Of a stretch of 64,000 bases of DNA, positions 11,401-25,900 are shown piece by piece. A program made the translations under genes and the position numbers. Source of the DNA: Ascidiella aspersa (Eukaryota); assembly GCA_963924565.1 (NCBI GenBank), contig OZ004607.1:34038001-34102000 (forward strand), written 5' to 3'. Within the stretch, counting starts at the first letter, position 1, and every line of letters starts with the position of its first letter. A model generated the notes under the pieces. It did not search any database. It had not been told where the DNA came from and worked only from the letters and a program-made list of their open reading frames with translations.

Positions 11401-14400
11401 TGCTATCCAACTCAATTCCACCTTATATATATATAATGTTTTTTAATTTATTTTTATATTAATTAAAAAATATTTAAATTTATCAAATAATAATTGTAGA
11501 TAACAAAACTGCAAAGCTGAGCCTGATGACCTGAAAACATCCTTTGAACATTTTAAATTTATTTTGTTGTTTGAACACAGTAATTACCTTATTAGGTATT
11601 GAAGAAAATCGCGATACGTTTTGCTCTAAATATCAATAAAGTTATCGGAACAAATTGTCAGGTGTCAGACATCCCTAGATCAAGGATACCATTCTGATGT
11701 GCATCTCATGATGTACTATATTTTTTTTGTCACTCTTTGAAGGTCAAAAATCATCTGACATCTGTCGGAAAGTACTCTGGTCTTTGGACAGCAGCCATAG
11801 TGGGCGGAATGTCGGCACAAAAACAGACAAGACTGCTCAGTAAAAAGCCCGACATTGTTATTGCAACACCTGGGCGACTCTGGGAGTTAATTGAATCAGG
11901 TGTGACAGGTTATTTGTTTTGAAACCTTGCATAACATCGAATAATAAATTATATTCTTTGTAAGTAAGTTACATCTCTACGAAATCTTAAAGGCAGATTT
12001 ATTACTTTTATTTTTTATTGATCTTTAGATTTTGTTGATAGTAGGTAAAAATCATATATTTGACCAAATACCTTAAATCATTTACTCAAATGACTTTACT
12101 TGAATTAAACTCCTTAAATTGAATACATTTTAGTAAATTCTGAGACTTGAATTTGACTTGCTGTTTGTTGAAATTGACTTGACTTAGACTGATATTAATT
12201 TGTAACTGACTTGACTCGGTACTTTGAAGCCTTATAGTTAATTCTTCCTACTTCTGTATGGACTTTGAGGTTCTTACTACCGCTTGACTGGGTCTTATCT
12301 TATTTTTAAATTAGTTGTATAGACTTTACAATCCTGCTATTCTATACTTTACCTGTTTATATGTATTTCTATAATTTTATTTTGTTCAGGAAATTCCTAT
12401 CTTTCCAATCTCCACAACCTGGGATACCTTGTAATCGATGAGGCTGATAGAATGCTAGAAAAGGGACATTTTGAGGATTTGACCAAACTTCTAGACATTA
12501 TTAACAGCAAGGAAAGAAATAAGGTAAGTATTAGCACCATTCCTAACTAGTTTTTAAGTTTTTTACTATTTACAATTTAAGCAGAATTGTTATGTAATAA
12601 AGTTCAACTGGCAATGTTAACATCACTTATCGGGTATACTTTTTTCAACAAGTTAAGGTTTCTTTAAATAAAAACAGCTATTGATAATTGCCATAGGTGC
12701 AAATATCTAAAACTGTCATTTTTTATTTTCAATGAATTGCTTTCCTCTTTTGTTGAAGGTAATTTCATCTAGACTTGGAATGTCGGACGCTTTGTGTTTT
12801 AAATCCTATACTAATATTTTGAACAAAGTGCTGAGTTGTCCGATCCAAAACCAAATAACACCCTTACTGTAATAAAACTTAACAAAATATGAAGTTATTA
12901 TCGCGAACTTAATAAACGTGCGAAGTAAAAGAATTGTGCTATGGCATTAAAAGGCTTTAGTTTATTTTGAATGGTATTTACCAATTTCTAAAATATTTTG
13001 TCTGGTTATATAAAACTATGCTTTGAATCGCAAACCAATAATTTTGTATCGGATTTGCACCAATGTAGACATTGTTAACACTTTATTTAGCCTTGTGTCG
13101 GGCGAGTACGTAACACCGATAATACCACTTGCATTTTGTATCGGCATATTGGTCATACTTAAGCTAGACTTGTCAATCGCACCTTGTAAATTTTTTGTAT
13201 AGTAAATCCTTTCCCAAACTATTATTTCAACTCTGAACACAATTATTCGTTTTTCAGAAACGCCAGACCTACATTTTCTCGGCCACCCTTACCACGGTTC
13301 ATCGGGGACCCGAAAGAAAAAAGTCGAAGTGGCAGGGAGAAGATTTGACGAAGACGGTGAAACTGGAGAAACTGACCAAACGCATCGGGATGCGACAAAA
13401 GCCATTTGTTGTCGATCTAACAACGGTAGGAGTTATCACTTTATTGCCATTTTTAATTTGCTTTGATAGCTTAATTCAGCGGAAGCCAACACTTCGAATA
13501 TGTGTTACGTCATTACAGTAGCTGTGGAACACAAGTAGAACGATAAAATGACCAATTATGTCTGGAAAAGACTAATAGAAAATGCGTTCTTTGACGTAAC
13601 AAATTAACCTCCATCGCTGGCTTGGAATGCAATTAACGCTCAAAATGTTTCACAAAATGTTTAAAGTGTTTTTGTGACTTTTTTACTAAACCTGTCGATC
13701 GCGATCAAACATAAGTTGGCTACACCTGACTTAATTGAAATTGCTGCTTATTTTTGTAACATTTTCTCGGCGAAAATGTAAATAACCTAAACAATAAACA
13801 TATATGTTGTGATATAATCAGAATTTTCTATGTAATAAGAGAATTGCCTGAATCCGAATGGTGAAAACAAACAATTCTGGTTGTACATTAATGCTAAAGA
13901 TTAGGCACAGAATTGTAAACCAAAAATCTGTTTGTTTTCTGTTAGTGTGTCATCTTTTGCCTTTAGGAGATAAATATATTTATCATAGAACATCCAAACA
14001 AACTGATTTTTGTTCTGTGTACTTAGTTTAATCTTTATTTTCTTGTGAAAACGATTCTTTTTCACTTTTATTATTTAACGCTAGTGTTGCCCAAATATTC
14101 GCAGAATATGCATTTACCCGTAATACCATTAGGTGTTGTTATTTTTTGTTAACATTTAAACGAAAATATTTTCTTAATTTAAAATTTTAATAATGAAGCG
14201 CTGTCATTTGTAACGAATCCGTCTTTAGAAAAAAAATATAACGTTGTTAAATGTGGAAACTTTTGTTTTTATTTAAGTCGACTTAATGTCAAGCTTTTGA
14301 GCCTGAATTGTTGTAGCAATTTAATATTTTATTGTATATAGGAAATTGGAATGTAACCTAGTAGGAGTATTAGAACGATACATAAGTGGAAACACATTAT

Positions 14401-17400
14401 AATGCTGAAAACGTGTAAATAGATTTGTCGAAACGTACAAAATGCTATACTTCTGTATGGGCTTTTATATTCCTACTACTTTCTAACTAAAACCTTCAAC
14501 CATTAAGAAATAAAACTTATTGCATTTCTGTATTTTCAGTCTAAAGTCACAGCGGAAACACTTTCGGAGGCGAAGATTGTTTGTCAAGTTGCCGAGAAGG
14601 ACTTTTACCTCTACTATTTCATCAAGTCCTTTCCAGGGAGAACGTTGGTAGGCTCCGTTATTCCATAACGAATAGAGCACTGCTATTGTTGAGCAGTTTG
14701 GTATCACATTTTGGGAGATATTAGTTTTCTGCATTGCCATACTCCTCCACTGCGTAATATGACTTATTTAACGTATTTAACAAAGTGTTTATTGATTGTG
14801 GCATGAAACTGTCAAATACAAGCGTAAGTAGTTTTACCCTCTCGAACTTGGTCGCCAATTACGGCGTAATTTGTTTGAAGAATTTCTAAGGAATGTACTG
14901 CTCATAAAATACGATTAATTTAGCTTTTTGCACAACTTTCCGATTTGTTGAACTCACTATAACTGCTTGGCAAAAGTGATTTGGCATGCGTTAAACGGAA
15001 ACTGTATTTTTTACTGAAATATATTTATTATAGCTGGTTTTTGGCTGAAACTTCAACAATTGCTTGACCCTCACTTTTTAATGACCTAAAAATTAGATCG
15101 CTTGACTTTAATATTTTTATTGAAATTACTTAAAAAAGGTGTATTGTGTTAGAAAGACTTTTTCCATCCTTCCTCCAGATCTTCAAATTTCATGAATTGT
15201 ATGGCAACCCTGTGACAGTTCATGTATTAAAATAGTTGCTGAGTAATAGTACATGAGACTCGGATTTACTTACCGCATTCCCACTAACTACATCCACACT
15301 TGGCCTACTTAAACTGACGAAAAATCTTGAATGCCATTTTCAATCTTTCCTCCAGATTTTCACAAATAGCATCGACTGCATTTTTCGTCTCTCCGGGATC
15401 CTGGAGGCCCTCGGATGCTCCCCGCTCCACATCCACGCGAAGATGCAGCAGAGACAGAGGCTCAAGCACCTTGAGAGGTTCCAAGCTAACGAGAACGCAA
15501 TCCTCATAGCTAGCGACGTCGCCGCAAGAGGTAACTGGATTATGAAGGTTTTTTTGATGTTTTAAACTGTGGATTAGAGTAGAGGTCACCAAACTTTTTT
15601 CATAAAGGGTTGGATAACTGGACTGTTACGATTTACGAACGCTCGCCGGTTGAAAAATCGTCCAAATTTATTAACCTATGATTGTTATACGAACTAAATG
15701 AAGAAATGTGCAATACCTCAATAAATTGTCGTACAGTTTAAAATGTCGTCAAAATCTAGTTTTGAATTTTAGTTTATTTTGTTCCCTGGAGTCGGATTCG
15801 GGTGTCGGACTCGGGTTATTTTTAACCGACTCCGCAGCCCCTAATATAGTAACATAAAAACCTTACAGAGAGCTTACTCGTTGTTATCACCACAGGACTT
15901 GACATCCCTGATGTAAAGCACGTGATCCACTACCAAGTTCCCAGAACAATGGAGACCTACATCCACAGGAGCGGAAGAGCCGCAAGATCAGGTAATAATC
16001 TTCCTCTGTAATCTGCTCCAGATGCGCTACAGTCGGACTTGTCTGTCAGTCGACCGCCGGTAGAAATAATACCAACCCAAAGTGTTGTAATGACAGAAGT
16101 TAATGACTTGAATTGTTACCCGAGTCACTGTTTTTAAATGACTTCAGTTGACTTAAATCTTTTGGAGAAAATGACTTGACTTGGACTTGCATCACTTGAA
16201 GTCTTCTGGACGATTGACTTTGGTAAACATCAAGTATTTTCATTTTTTTATAAAATTATAGGTTATTTATCGAACATTATTTAGCCACTAATAAAAGTCC
16301 AGGAAAATAAGGCACATTTTTTTAATTTTGTTTGCAAGTTTGTTACTTCACAAACGCCGCGAGATTGAATTGACCTTGAGAAGAACGAGACATCATAGAC
16401 TAGAGACGAAGTTAGCCTTTCGATTTTTTACAGCTTAATGAAACGTGCTCAGACCCTGGTCTTGCAAAAATGACTTGCTTAAAACACTGATCGTTTCTTT
16501 TCAGGCAAAAACGGCCTTAGCCTGCTCTTCGTCAGTCCTGAGGAGATGCTCTTCTACAAGCGAATCTGTCGCTCCCTGCGTAAGGATGAATCGCCCGGTC
16601 AGGGGTTTCCCCTCTTCCTGGTCGACCAAAACTTCATGGGCGCCGTGCGTAAACGCGTCAACGTGGCCCGTGACGTCGACAAGATGACGCACGCCATCAA
16701 GAAGGTGATGTAGAGTTTTTTTGTTTTTTTTTTTCGATTTTTTAAGGTTTATTTGTAGCGGCTGCAGCTTTGTCGTCGACTGAGGCGGATTGTGGTTTTT
16801 CTTAGTTTGCCTCTTTTGTTGGTCAGAGTCGGATTTGAGTTACTTTTAACCGACTCCGCAGCCCAGTGTAGAACAGGTATCATTGCATTTTGCATTTTGC
16901 TTTTGAAAATTAAACCAGGGAATCGAACCGTTCGATTTTTCCGGTTCAGGTTCGGTTCGGGTTCAAAGATGTTTTCGGAATCCGGTTCAGTCCCGGTTTC
17001 GGTTCGGAGCAATTTAAAAGTTTCGGTTCAGCTCCGGTTCAATTGTTTTTTTTTAAACCGGTTCATAAAGTTCTGGTTCGGATACAATGTAAGTTGAGTT
17101 AATTCTAAAAATGTGGGTCAATAAATGTATAGAGAATAATCTTTAAATTGTAAGTCATTTAAGCTAAGTTACGTGACGTACTAAAAAAACAGCAACTCAA
17201 TATTGAAACATATAAAAAATAAAAAATAAACGTTTTATTTAATCAATATTAATATTTTTGTCATAAAATTTTGAACATGGGTAACTTAACTCTGTAAAAT
17301 ACAAGTTGTGACGTCATGCTGGAGTGAACCGCTTTGTTTACAGGTTCCGGTTCGATTTAAGGTTCTAGTTCTTTCAAATTATTCCGTTCAGTTCCGCTTC

Positions 17401-18902
17401 GGTTTCTTAAAATCTTACAAAAAACTGTTCAGGCACGGTTACAGTGTGGACAAAAAAGACCCAAACCCGGTTCATAAAGTTCCCGGTTCGGTTCCGGTTC
17501 GACTCCCTGATTTAAACCCTCCTTACGCAGACGAATCTTCACAACGACTGGTTCCGTAAGAACGCGGAGGCGATGGAGATGGACCTGGATGAAGATCAAC
17601 TGATCCAGGATGACGAGGGAGACGAGAAGAGGCAACTTCTTGCGTCCAAGAGACAGCAGCTCAACGCTCTTCTCAAGAAACCAATCTTTCCCAAGGGATT
17701 TTCAGGTTCGATGTCTCACAACTTCGTTAAACTGCTAGATTACGAGTTTGTTAGGTTAAACTCCTAATGGTAATTACTTGTTAGGTTAAACTTACTTTGT
17801 TAGGTTAAACTGCTAATGTTTAATTTGTTAGGTTAAACTGCTAATGTTTAATTTGATAGGTTAAACTGTTAATGTTATTTTGTTAGGTTAAACTGCTTGC
17901 TTTGTTGGGTTAAACTGCTAATGTTAATTACGAGTTGATTAGGTTAGTTTTACGCCTCACGGAAGTGTCGTACTTTTACAAACCAGCCTTAGTTTGAAAA
18001 ATACTTTGAAATAGAGTCTTTAAGTGAGATATTAAATGTATAAACATTGCTCTAGTGGTGATAGCATTAACCACGCTGCTTTAGTAGAGAAAAAAAGTCT
18101 AAAAAAACGCGGTCAGTATTCGTTTTTTTATAATGAAGAGCATTTTTTTTGCCAGTTGACTACACGAATTATTTATTGCCGAAACAACACAATAATTATT
18201 TAGGTAAATCGTCCAAGGATCCTACTGGTTGTTCGCATATATCAAAATATATTGGCTAATTTTGTGCGGCTAGTGATTTTACTATACCAATCGTACCAAC
18301 TTTCGTTTGAAATATCACAGTTTTGAAAGTTTAAATACATTTTTTTGATTTAAAGTACTTTTTGGAACAATAGAACATACAAAGCAACAATATCTAAATC
18401 AGAATAATCTAAAATACCATATTATTAAGACCAACGACATAAAAAGCCAAATACGCAGGAATAACCACGACAGAATAAAATCTAAAGTTATCTAAATAAG
18501 ACCAAAACCCAAATGGACAAAATAACTTCCAAAACTGTAGGGAGAGGGTATGGGACGATTGGGGTACACCTGTCTGACATCGGTCGTTTTTGTGTAGACG
18601 TGGGGTTAGAAATTGGGTTATGGTTGAAATTTTTATAGGAGTTATTGATGAAGCTAGGGCTGAGGTTGGTTAATATAGGCCTTATTCCGACGGGTTTAGA
18701 TTCTTTTCTGAGTTAAACGTTATTAGTACTATTAGTATTTTGGGCCTTTTTTGAGCTTATTACGAACTGTGTTTTATTCTGATTTCTTTCAGGCAAATTC
18801 ATCACCAAGAAAGGATCCCTGATGAAGCCTGGATTGGCAACTGACGACGTTTTCTCGCGAGTAAACCCTTCCAGAAACAAAAAGAAAAAGAAAAGCAAAT
18901 AA
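8438..18902 (+). CDS. DDX24: ATP-dependent DEAD-box RNA helicase DDX24 (Mak5 family), 13 exons, 713 aa
   Basis: Exons: 8438-8578, 9142-9507, 9954-10115, 10912-11061, 11743-11899, 12390-12523, 13258-13425, 14540-14647, 15356-15530, 15896-15991, 16505-16704, 17531-17705, 18793-18902. All GT-AG and in phase. N-terminal [11 protein letters not shown] (DDX24 hallmark), Q motif [60 protein letters not shown]. Confidence 0.95.
10311..10665. mobile_element. MITE with CCGATA/TATCGG arrays (DDX24 intron 3)
   Basis: Starts TAGAGATCGACTGATATC, like the copy at 3056; CCGATAC arrays on the left and TATCGG arrays on the right. Confidence 0.65.
16916..17509. mobile_element. hAT-type MITE with GGTTCC/GGTTCG subterminal arrays
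   Basis: TIRs CAGGGAATCGAACC / GGTTCGACTCCCTG; TSD AATTAAAC/ATTTAAAC (7 of 8); dense GGTTC repeats. Confidence 0.8.
17726..17947 (+). repeat. Degenerate minisatellite, ~19-34-bp unit, ~8 copies
   Basis: Unit consensus GTTAAACTGCTAATGTTTAATTTGTTAG, at the start of DDX24 intron 12. Confidence 0.85.
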
Positions 18903-21900
18903 AAAATAGACTACTGCACTTAGACTGATATCTGTTCGTGTCATTATGAGTCCATTCGTAGGTAAATAGTGAACTGTGCAACAACAATGTCATAGTGCAA
19001 TTGTACATGTCATCTTAGGAAGCTGTCGATTGGTTTTCAAATTCACTTGTAATCTAAGCCTTGGTTGGTAACTTGTAAGCGTTATCTCTGTTGGTAAGGT
19101 TGTGAGTTCCACTCTCATTGCAGACTAGGTTTCGTATTATATTCCTTTTAGGGAAGTCGAATAGGTTTTGGGAGTCACTAGGTCAGGGTTGCCAAGAAGT
19201 CTTTAAATTTTTTTACTGTTTTTCGATTAATTGGCGTATGGAAGTCTTTGGAATAATTTTGTTTCAAAAGTCTCTGAATAGTTTTTAAATTCAGTTAATG
19301 TCGAGCGTTAACTATCTAGTTTTGGACGTTTGAAAAACTGTAGATCTTCTTCAGTAATTTTTTTGTATAAAAATCTGTTGCAATTTTTTTATCCACGAAG
19401 TGTTCAATTGTTAAGTGATTCAGTAATATCTAGGAAGGCTGGTTTACAGTGGTTCGAATATGTGTACTGTGTAAACGTTAATAACAGCATATAAGGGACA
19501 GTAGCCTATATTAAATAGAACAGAAACAGAGGTGTTGTTGTTTATCTTGCTCCACTCTTATCACGCGTTTTCGTTCAATGTTTTGCTGTAACTTCGACAC
19601 CACTTTACTCCTAGGCACCGAATGTGGGTGTGATGTAGAGCATTTGTAGACGCCCTGGATTTCTGACCGGGCGTCAAAACGCCCTGGAATTCGACCAAGT
19701 TATCAATAAAAATTCAATTTCTGTAGCCCATATTTTTAGTTCGCCAAAAGTGTTGAAAAAAAATTCCTGAATAACCATGTAGGCACGAGGCCATAGACTC
19801 CGAAAACTTCGTGTTATAATTATACGTAATGGCTGTTTTTTTTAATTAAAGTTACGTTTTGCCCATTCTAATGGAAAAGTGTTTTGCCTAAAGGCGCCAT
19901 TAGAAAGGTATCAAATAGCGAAATGGTTTGTTTCGGTGAAAAGATACATCAGCGCAAAAGCTGTTATCTAAGAGCTCACATTTTGTATGTAGATAATGAG
20001 CAATTTTGCACTGCCTGAAAAAACGCCATTGAATTTTGAAAGTTCGGTGTCTATGCCTATGTATTCATCAGCTGGAAAAGCCGCAATCCTCTGGCTATCT
20101 TTCAGCGGTTTTCTCTTGACGTAAGTGATTAAACGATTTCCCCTAAAATTTCCAGTTGCGGGCACAACTTTGGCGTGATTAATTCATTAGAAAGATTTGC
20201 AGCCTGAGGAGCAAACTTCTTTGTGTCGTTTACATTTTTTTTATATTAAACAAAGCTGGAAATTACGATTTATAACTTTATTAGATACCTGCCCGACCAA
20301 AAACTAGTCACTTTCTACTCTCGTATAACGCGTTTTTGACTTTTTCTTATGCGTTTCCAATGGAGACCTTTGAAAAGCCTTTTGCAGCAATCCGATATTT
20401 GCTTGTTATAGCTTACGACAAAAAGTTGAAGTTGTGAATATGCGTTGTTCCTACAGCAAACTTTATTTCCGGCATCAAACAAACGTTTTGCCAATGTGTG
20501 CTGTTTGAAGTAGGCTAATGGAATAAAGGTGATGGCAATTCCAATTGTCTAGTATTTTTAAGGTGTATAGAGAGGACACGGTCTTTAATTTTATCAAACA
20601 GCATTTCAAATTACAACTGTAATACGTTTTGTCCACTATGGTTATTTTTAGCTACCTAAATGAAATTTTTGTGGTCTTAAAATTTAAGACTGGTCACTCA
20701 CTTCCAAGTAGTGTTGTAGACCTCGTTACAGCCATTCTAGCTTCTGGTGTTTTTTCAGAAATTTTGCGGTTTCCGACGGCTATACTAAAAATATCAATAT
20801 AAGGCGCTTGCAGATAACAAGCACAACACGACTGTTGGAATTAGGTGGACTTTCCCATTTCAAGTGGAATCTTTCCACAAATCGACAAAGCGCCACATTC
20901 TCGTCGTAAAACGCCGCCCGACGACAGAATTTTCGAACTGCTGAACATTTCGCCGCCGACTGTTTTGGTGTTTTTAATCGAGCGAAACGTTCCGGTGCTT
21001 TCCGTTCCTCTAATCCGATTGTTCGATGAACGGGCGCGACGTGTCATCCGACTGATGACAAAAGGCCGACAGCTCACATTGACCGCGAAAAACTGTGTAA
21101 ACAAGTTGCTTTCCCGAAACGTTTGCTGGATTTAATTCCACGTTTACACTTTGCCGTACACGAATTTTCGACGAGAAAATATGGCAGTGCTATGATTCGT
21201 TTAGCATTTAAGGTTAACCCAATAACGGTGTCCATTTTTATTGAATGTTGACACACTTTTGGCTTCCAATAAAATGCTGTTAAACTATAAAATGGTGCAT
21301 TTGACTAGCTTTTGCTAATTTTACTGGCCTCGTTTTTTCGTATTTAATCCTGCTAAAGTTGGGTTACGCGAAAACCTGCCATTTTACAACAACGTTTTGA
21401 TTTGCAATTTTAAAAACACCTAACTTTTTAGTATAAATTCAATAAGTGTCCCAAAACCCACGGTGGACACGTACGCTTTCTTAATCTGCAGCGGGCGAAG
21501 GCCGAAGGGAGTACGGTATGCAGCGAATGTTTATCTCTGTTTACTGCATACGGCCAATTACGGGAACTCGCAAAATTTGTGCAGCGAGGTAAAAATTCCC
21601 GGACTTTTTAAACTGCAATCAATTGACGCTGATTTAACGAGGTACAAAATGCACAAGTTCCGAGTTGAAGCAAAAAGTTTCCGACCTGTATTCCGGTGAA
21701 AGCTTCATTTTATCGCTCATTGCCTTATATGGATGACCTGGATTTGCTGTGGATTAAGGAGTGGATTGCGATTAGTGTATTTGTTTAGCTATCAATTGAA
21801 AACGCAGTTAACGAGAATTGATTTGTAGCAAAGCGGTATGGTCGTATTTTAATCCTTTGGTTTGATATAGCGGCCATTTTGGCGCTATGCAGCCTGTTGA

Positions 21901-22750
21901 TTTCTAATACTCCTTCTAATACTCCCCAAGTAGGCTCGGTAAACGTTTTGAAACGTGTATTGCCACCTATAAAGTCGCTAAAAAACAAGGTGTGGTGCAT
22001 CAGACAACACTGCGAAATACAGGCACAGTAATGCAATAAACAACAAAGTAGAAAAAAAAACGAAAAAAAAACTCTCTAAACGCCTATCCAGATCAAAAGC
22101 CAGCGAAAAGCACCGAACACTATTGCGGTTTGAGTGGCAAGTGGAGAAGCAATAGACAAAGAGGGAAAACTAAACCATAATGTGGTTTGCAATGCATATA
22201 TATTTTATAGCAAAGTCTTAACTCGTATGTTAAATGATGTAATGGTTGCCAAAAAAATGCCACCCCTCCTGAAAAAGTTTGTTGGGGATAAAATTGCACA
22301 AAGCAATGATATTAAAATTTTGCCGCTGGATCCTTTTTCATGTTTTAAGTAATGGTCCCAGCATCAGTATTAAACACAGGCTTGTTTACTGTACACAAGC
22401 TTTCAAAATATTTAATGTTATCAAAAATCAGTGAGTGTAGTATGTGTTCCTGCGAATTGGATTTCTCAGTCAGTGAATTTATTAGATGTTGTGCAAATCC
22501 CTTAACTACCAAATTAACTCCGGTTCAAAAACCAATGGTCCAACTCCAAATATTAGCCATTATACTCCCTATTTGTCCAAAAGAATAAACTAAAAGCAAC
22601 AATTGGCGAGTATGCGCGCATTCAACACAGTTAACTTTGTCATAAATCTCTGTCACAATAAACACATTGTTTCCTGCGGTCGTTCAGCACAATCAGCTAA
22701 AATGTATCAACTGGCTTTTGAAGTCGTTGTACCTAAACCTTCATTTATAG

Positions 22751-22756
22751 TTTATT
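22751..22756 (-). terminator. Poly(A) signal of the Ig-receptor gene
   Basis: AATAAA (minus strand) about 160 nt after the TGA at 22914. Confidence 0.45.
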
Positions 22757-22913
22757 TAACGTGTCTGCAGATGCAAGATATAATTGAAGACATCATTGCA
22801 ATGTCCCACTTCACCGAAATCTTTAGCAAAAGGCAAAAGTTTCACACGCTGTGAAGCACTTCCGCTTGTACCTACACCGAACCTATTGCCTTCCGGAGCG
22901 GATCAACAAGATA

Positions 22914-25900
22914 TCACGGGCTCTTTTGTGGCGAACTCGAGGTCTGACTGATCAGTTCGACGTGATCGAACTGGCTGCGTTGAGGCACGCAGCTTGGCGG
23001 GCGTTTGGCCGCTTTAACCCGGCGAAACACTGCAATTGACACGGCCGTGAGCGCAATGGCCACCAAGACTGCGATTCCTGCCCAAAGAGCACCGGTTTTT
23101 CGCGTCATCTGTCTCACCAGCTCCTCTTGGGATTCTACCAAGTGAACTGTGGCGTTTGAAAGGCCGTTTGACGAGGTTTTACTCGAGCCGCCCAGGAGAA
23201 CCATGTAGCTGCCGAAGTCGCTGCTCTTGACGTTTCTGATTGAATAAAATATTAACGGTAAGAGCGGTGACTTTCAACCTATAGTTTAGGATCCTCTTGG
23301 AGACGTGGTTACTTTTGCTTGGCGGAAACTAAAATTAATTTCGTCCATTTTTTTTCAATTTAGTACAATATTACCCAAAACTGAAATAAATTAATTAGAA
23401 TATAACCAATGGTTTCAGATTTTACCAATGGTTTCAGATTATTTTTTATTAAATTCTACACATTCTTTGGCGCTACAGTCAACATCTGAGTTTAAACTAA
23501 GTATTGTTTCCTAATAAATGTGTTCCGCCTAAACGACACATTAAACATTCGCCTAAAGTTCATGTGAATCACATCTCTTTTGTGTTTACTTACTGGAAGT
23601 TGATGGTCATTGTGACAGTTACGGTTCCTCGCTCTCTTTCCTTCTTTCCAGGAATGTGGAGAAAGCAAGGTGACCTTGAAACCGACCTGTGACAGAAAAT
23701 GGTTTAATAAAAAATGACACGTTTCGCTATGGTAAATATATTCAACTAAACTTCCAGTTACTGCAGTTTTAAAGTAAGAATTTTTCGTACGTACTTGAAG
23801 GTTTTATTTCTTACTTACTTCATAAAATAACACAATTTGTAAAATATTGTTTTAGGTGTTTTTCTTCCATTATTTGGTTGTGGAACATATGAAAACCTTT
23901 AATTATTAAACAGATGAAAAACGAAAGAAGAAGTAAAAGTTTTTTTTTTCTGACTGAGAGAATTAAATTCCCTTTGGACAAGGTAGCACGTTTGGTAAAT
24001 TATGAATTACAACTAGACTTAAAGCACACAGGCAATTGACAGATTAGGTTCGAATTAGAATTAGCCGCATTGTGCTCTAATTGATTGAATTAGAAAACTA
24101 GAATTAGCTAGTTGTCAATCCGACTTCCTTAGTGGCAGATTTAAATTACAACACTACGTGTGCATAAAACGGTTTTAGCAATTCTTTGGGCAACCTAGAA
24201 AACTGTTTACAATTCATTACGTATTAATGTATCTTACGTGTGACAAGTGATCCTTGAATCCGTCAGTTTGCGACTCTTTCTTCCCAAGAAGTAATTGACA
24301 CAAGCGAGACTAGCGTTCGCTGTGTCGACCTGAACACAACACAACTTAGCGTTGTTACATCTGGCAAAAAATAAGTTCAGAACGAGAAGAAGCGTTGTAA
24401 ATAAGTTTGCTGTTCGTGTTAGGCAGACACGCTCAAAGCTATTGTGTGTTTTAATGAAATATAGGTGTTTATTTAGTCCACCAGTTTATATGCACACACC
24501 AATTTTTATCGGTCGATTCTTTACGCTTTAATTGAATGAAAATAACAGAAAATTTTTGCCAAAAAAGTAAGATTTTATTTAATATAGTGTCTTCGAAAAG
24601 CACAAAATAAACAAAATGGCGTCAGTAAAAGCTAATGTGAGTCACGAAATTAGCCAAACTACTACGGTTACGTACATATAAGCAGTGGTGGGATTCAGCC
24701 GGTTCGCACCGGTTCTACAGAACCGTCTCGCGGAATTTTATGAGATCAGCGAACCGGTTAGCATTACTAGTTACTGTCAATGGATTTTTGCATCTTATTG
24801 CATACATTGATTTTTAAGATCCAAGTAGCTCACGTGCTTGTTTTTCTCAAAATGTGCAATGGTCAAGGTCGCTCGTAACAGTCATACATTGTGTTAATTT
24901 TTATAATTGTAGTAATTTTCGTTTTGTGATTGTTTGTCTGAAAATGTAATTGTTGCGTTATAAGTACAAGTTGAAACTGCTATTGTTAACAGAATTTGTA
25001 GTGAAGATCGCATATTTGGAAATACGTCATCATCAAAACACAATAAAACCAACAAACTCTAAAGGAGAGCTTCAGTTCGGTTACTAAGCAGCATTCGGCA
25101 ATCACCAATTTCAATAAAAAGATCGTTGCCGTTAAATTTCGTGTCGTAGAAATTCGCAAAATCTGCACAATTTCGACGTGTTTTCGCGTTGCATCCTCAT
25201 CTGTGTCAGATAGAAGACTCTTTAACGTCCAGCAAATATCCAATTTAATTGTTCAGGTCTTTTAGTCGTGAAAAAACGTGTTGACATCTCATATTGAAGC
25301 CGATCAAATACATTCTTCATAACGCGCTCAATTTCTTCTTCTGATGAAAGTCGTGCATCCTTTGCCAGTTTCCAGGCACTTTTTAAGTCAGCTGATTCTT
25401 TTGTCCAGCTCAATCCCCAGATCGAGTATTTTGTTCTGGCCTGTTTTACAGCAGCTTGGCTCAAACCATCACGAAATGAGTCTTGGCTTTTATGGTGACT
25501 TGAATGGTTTAGTTTGGTGTTCATTCTGTTTTTTGTGATGTCCTATAGACCTATTCTTTACATTAAAATTACACGTGTAGGCAACTGAAGACATAGTTCG
25601 TGGATTTGCGATTTGCGAGCTTCGCTACTAATTTTTAATTGTTTTTCAGTTGCTGGACTAGAACTGCTACTTTTACGACCGATTAGGGCTATGTTTAGTC
25701 GGAACAATTATACGGTATAGTTGTGCAATTTTGGGTTGGGCACCATTATTGCGCCTGTACAAACTCGGGTTTTAACCCCAACTTAACGATTGAAACTTCT
25801 AAAAAGAAAAAAAAACGGTCCTATGTAAATTATAGTTTTAACCAAATAAACAGAACTTTTTCGCGCTGCGTGCAACCAACGATACACTCTTTTTTTTCTC

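Noticed and set aside
17726-17947. CRISPR-like repeat array
   Set aside because: Eukaryotic intron; the intervening sequences are variants of one unit, not unique spacers.
19000-22900. Search for TIR-domain exons downstream of the TM exon
   Set aside because: No TIR box motifs are recognisable. The TM exon has an in-frame stop followed by AATAAA, and the region is repeats and non-coding DNA.
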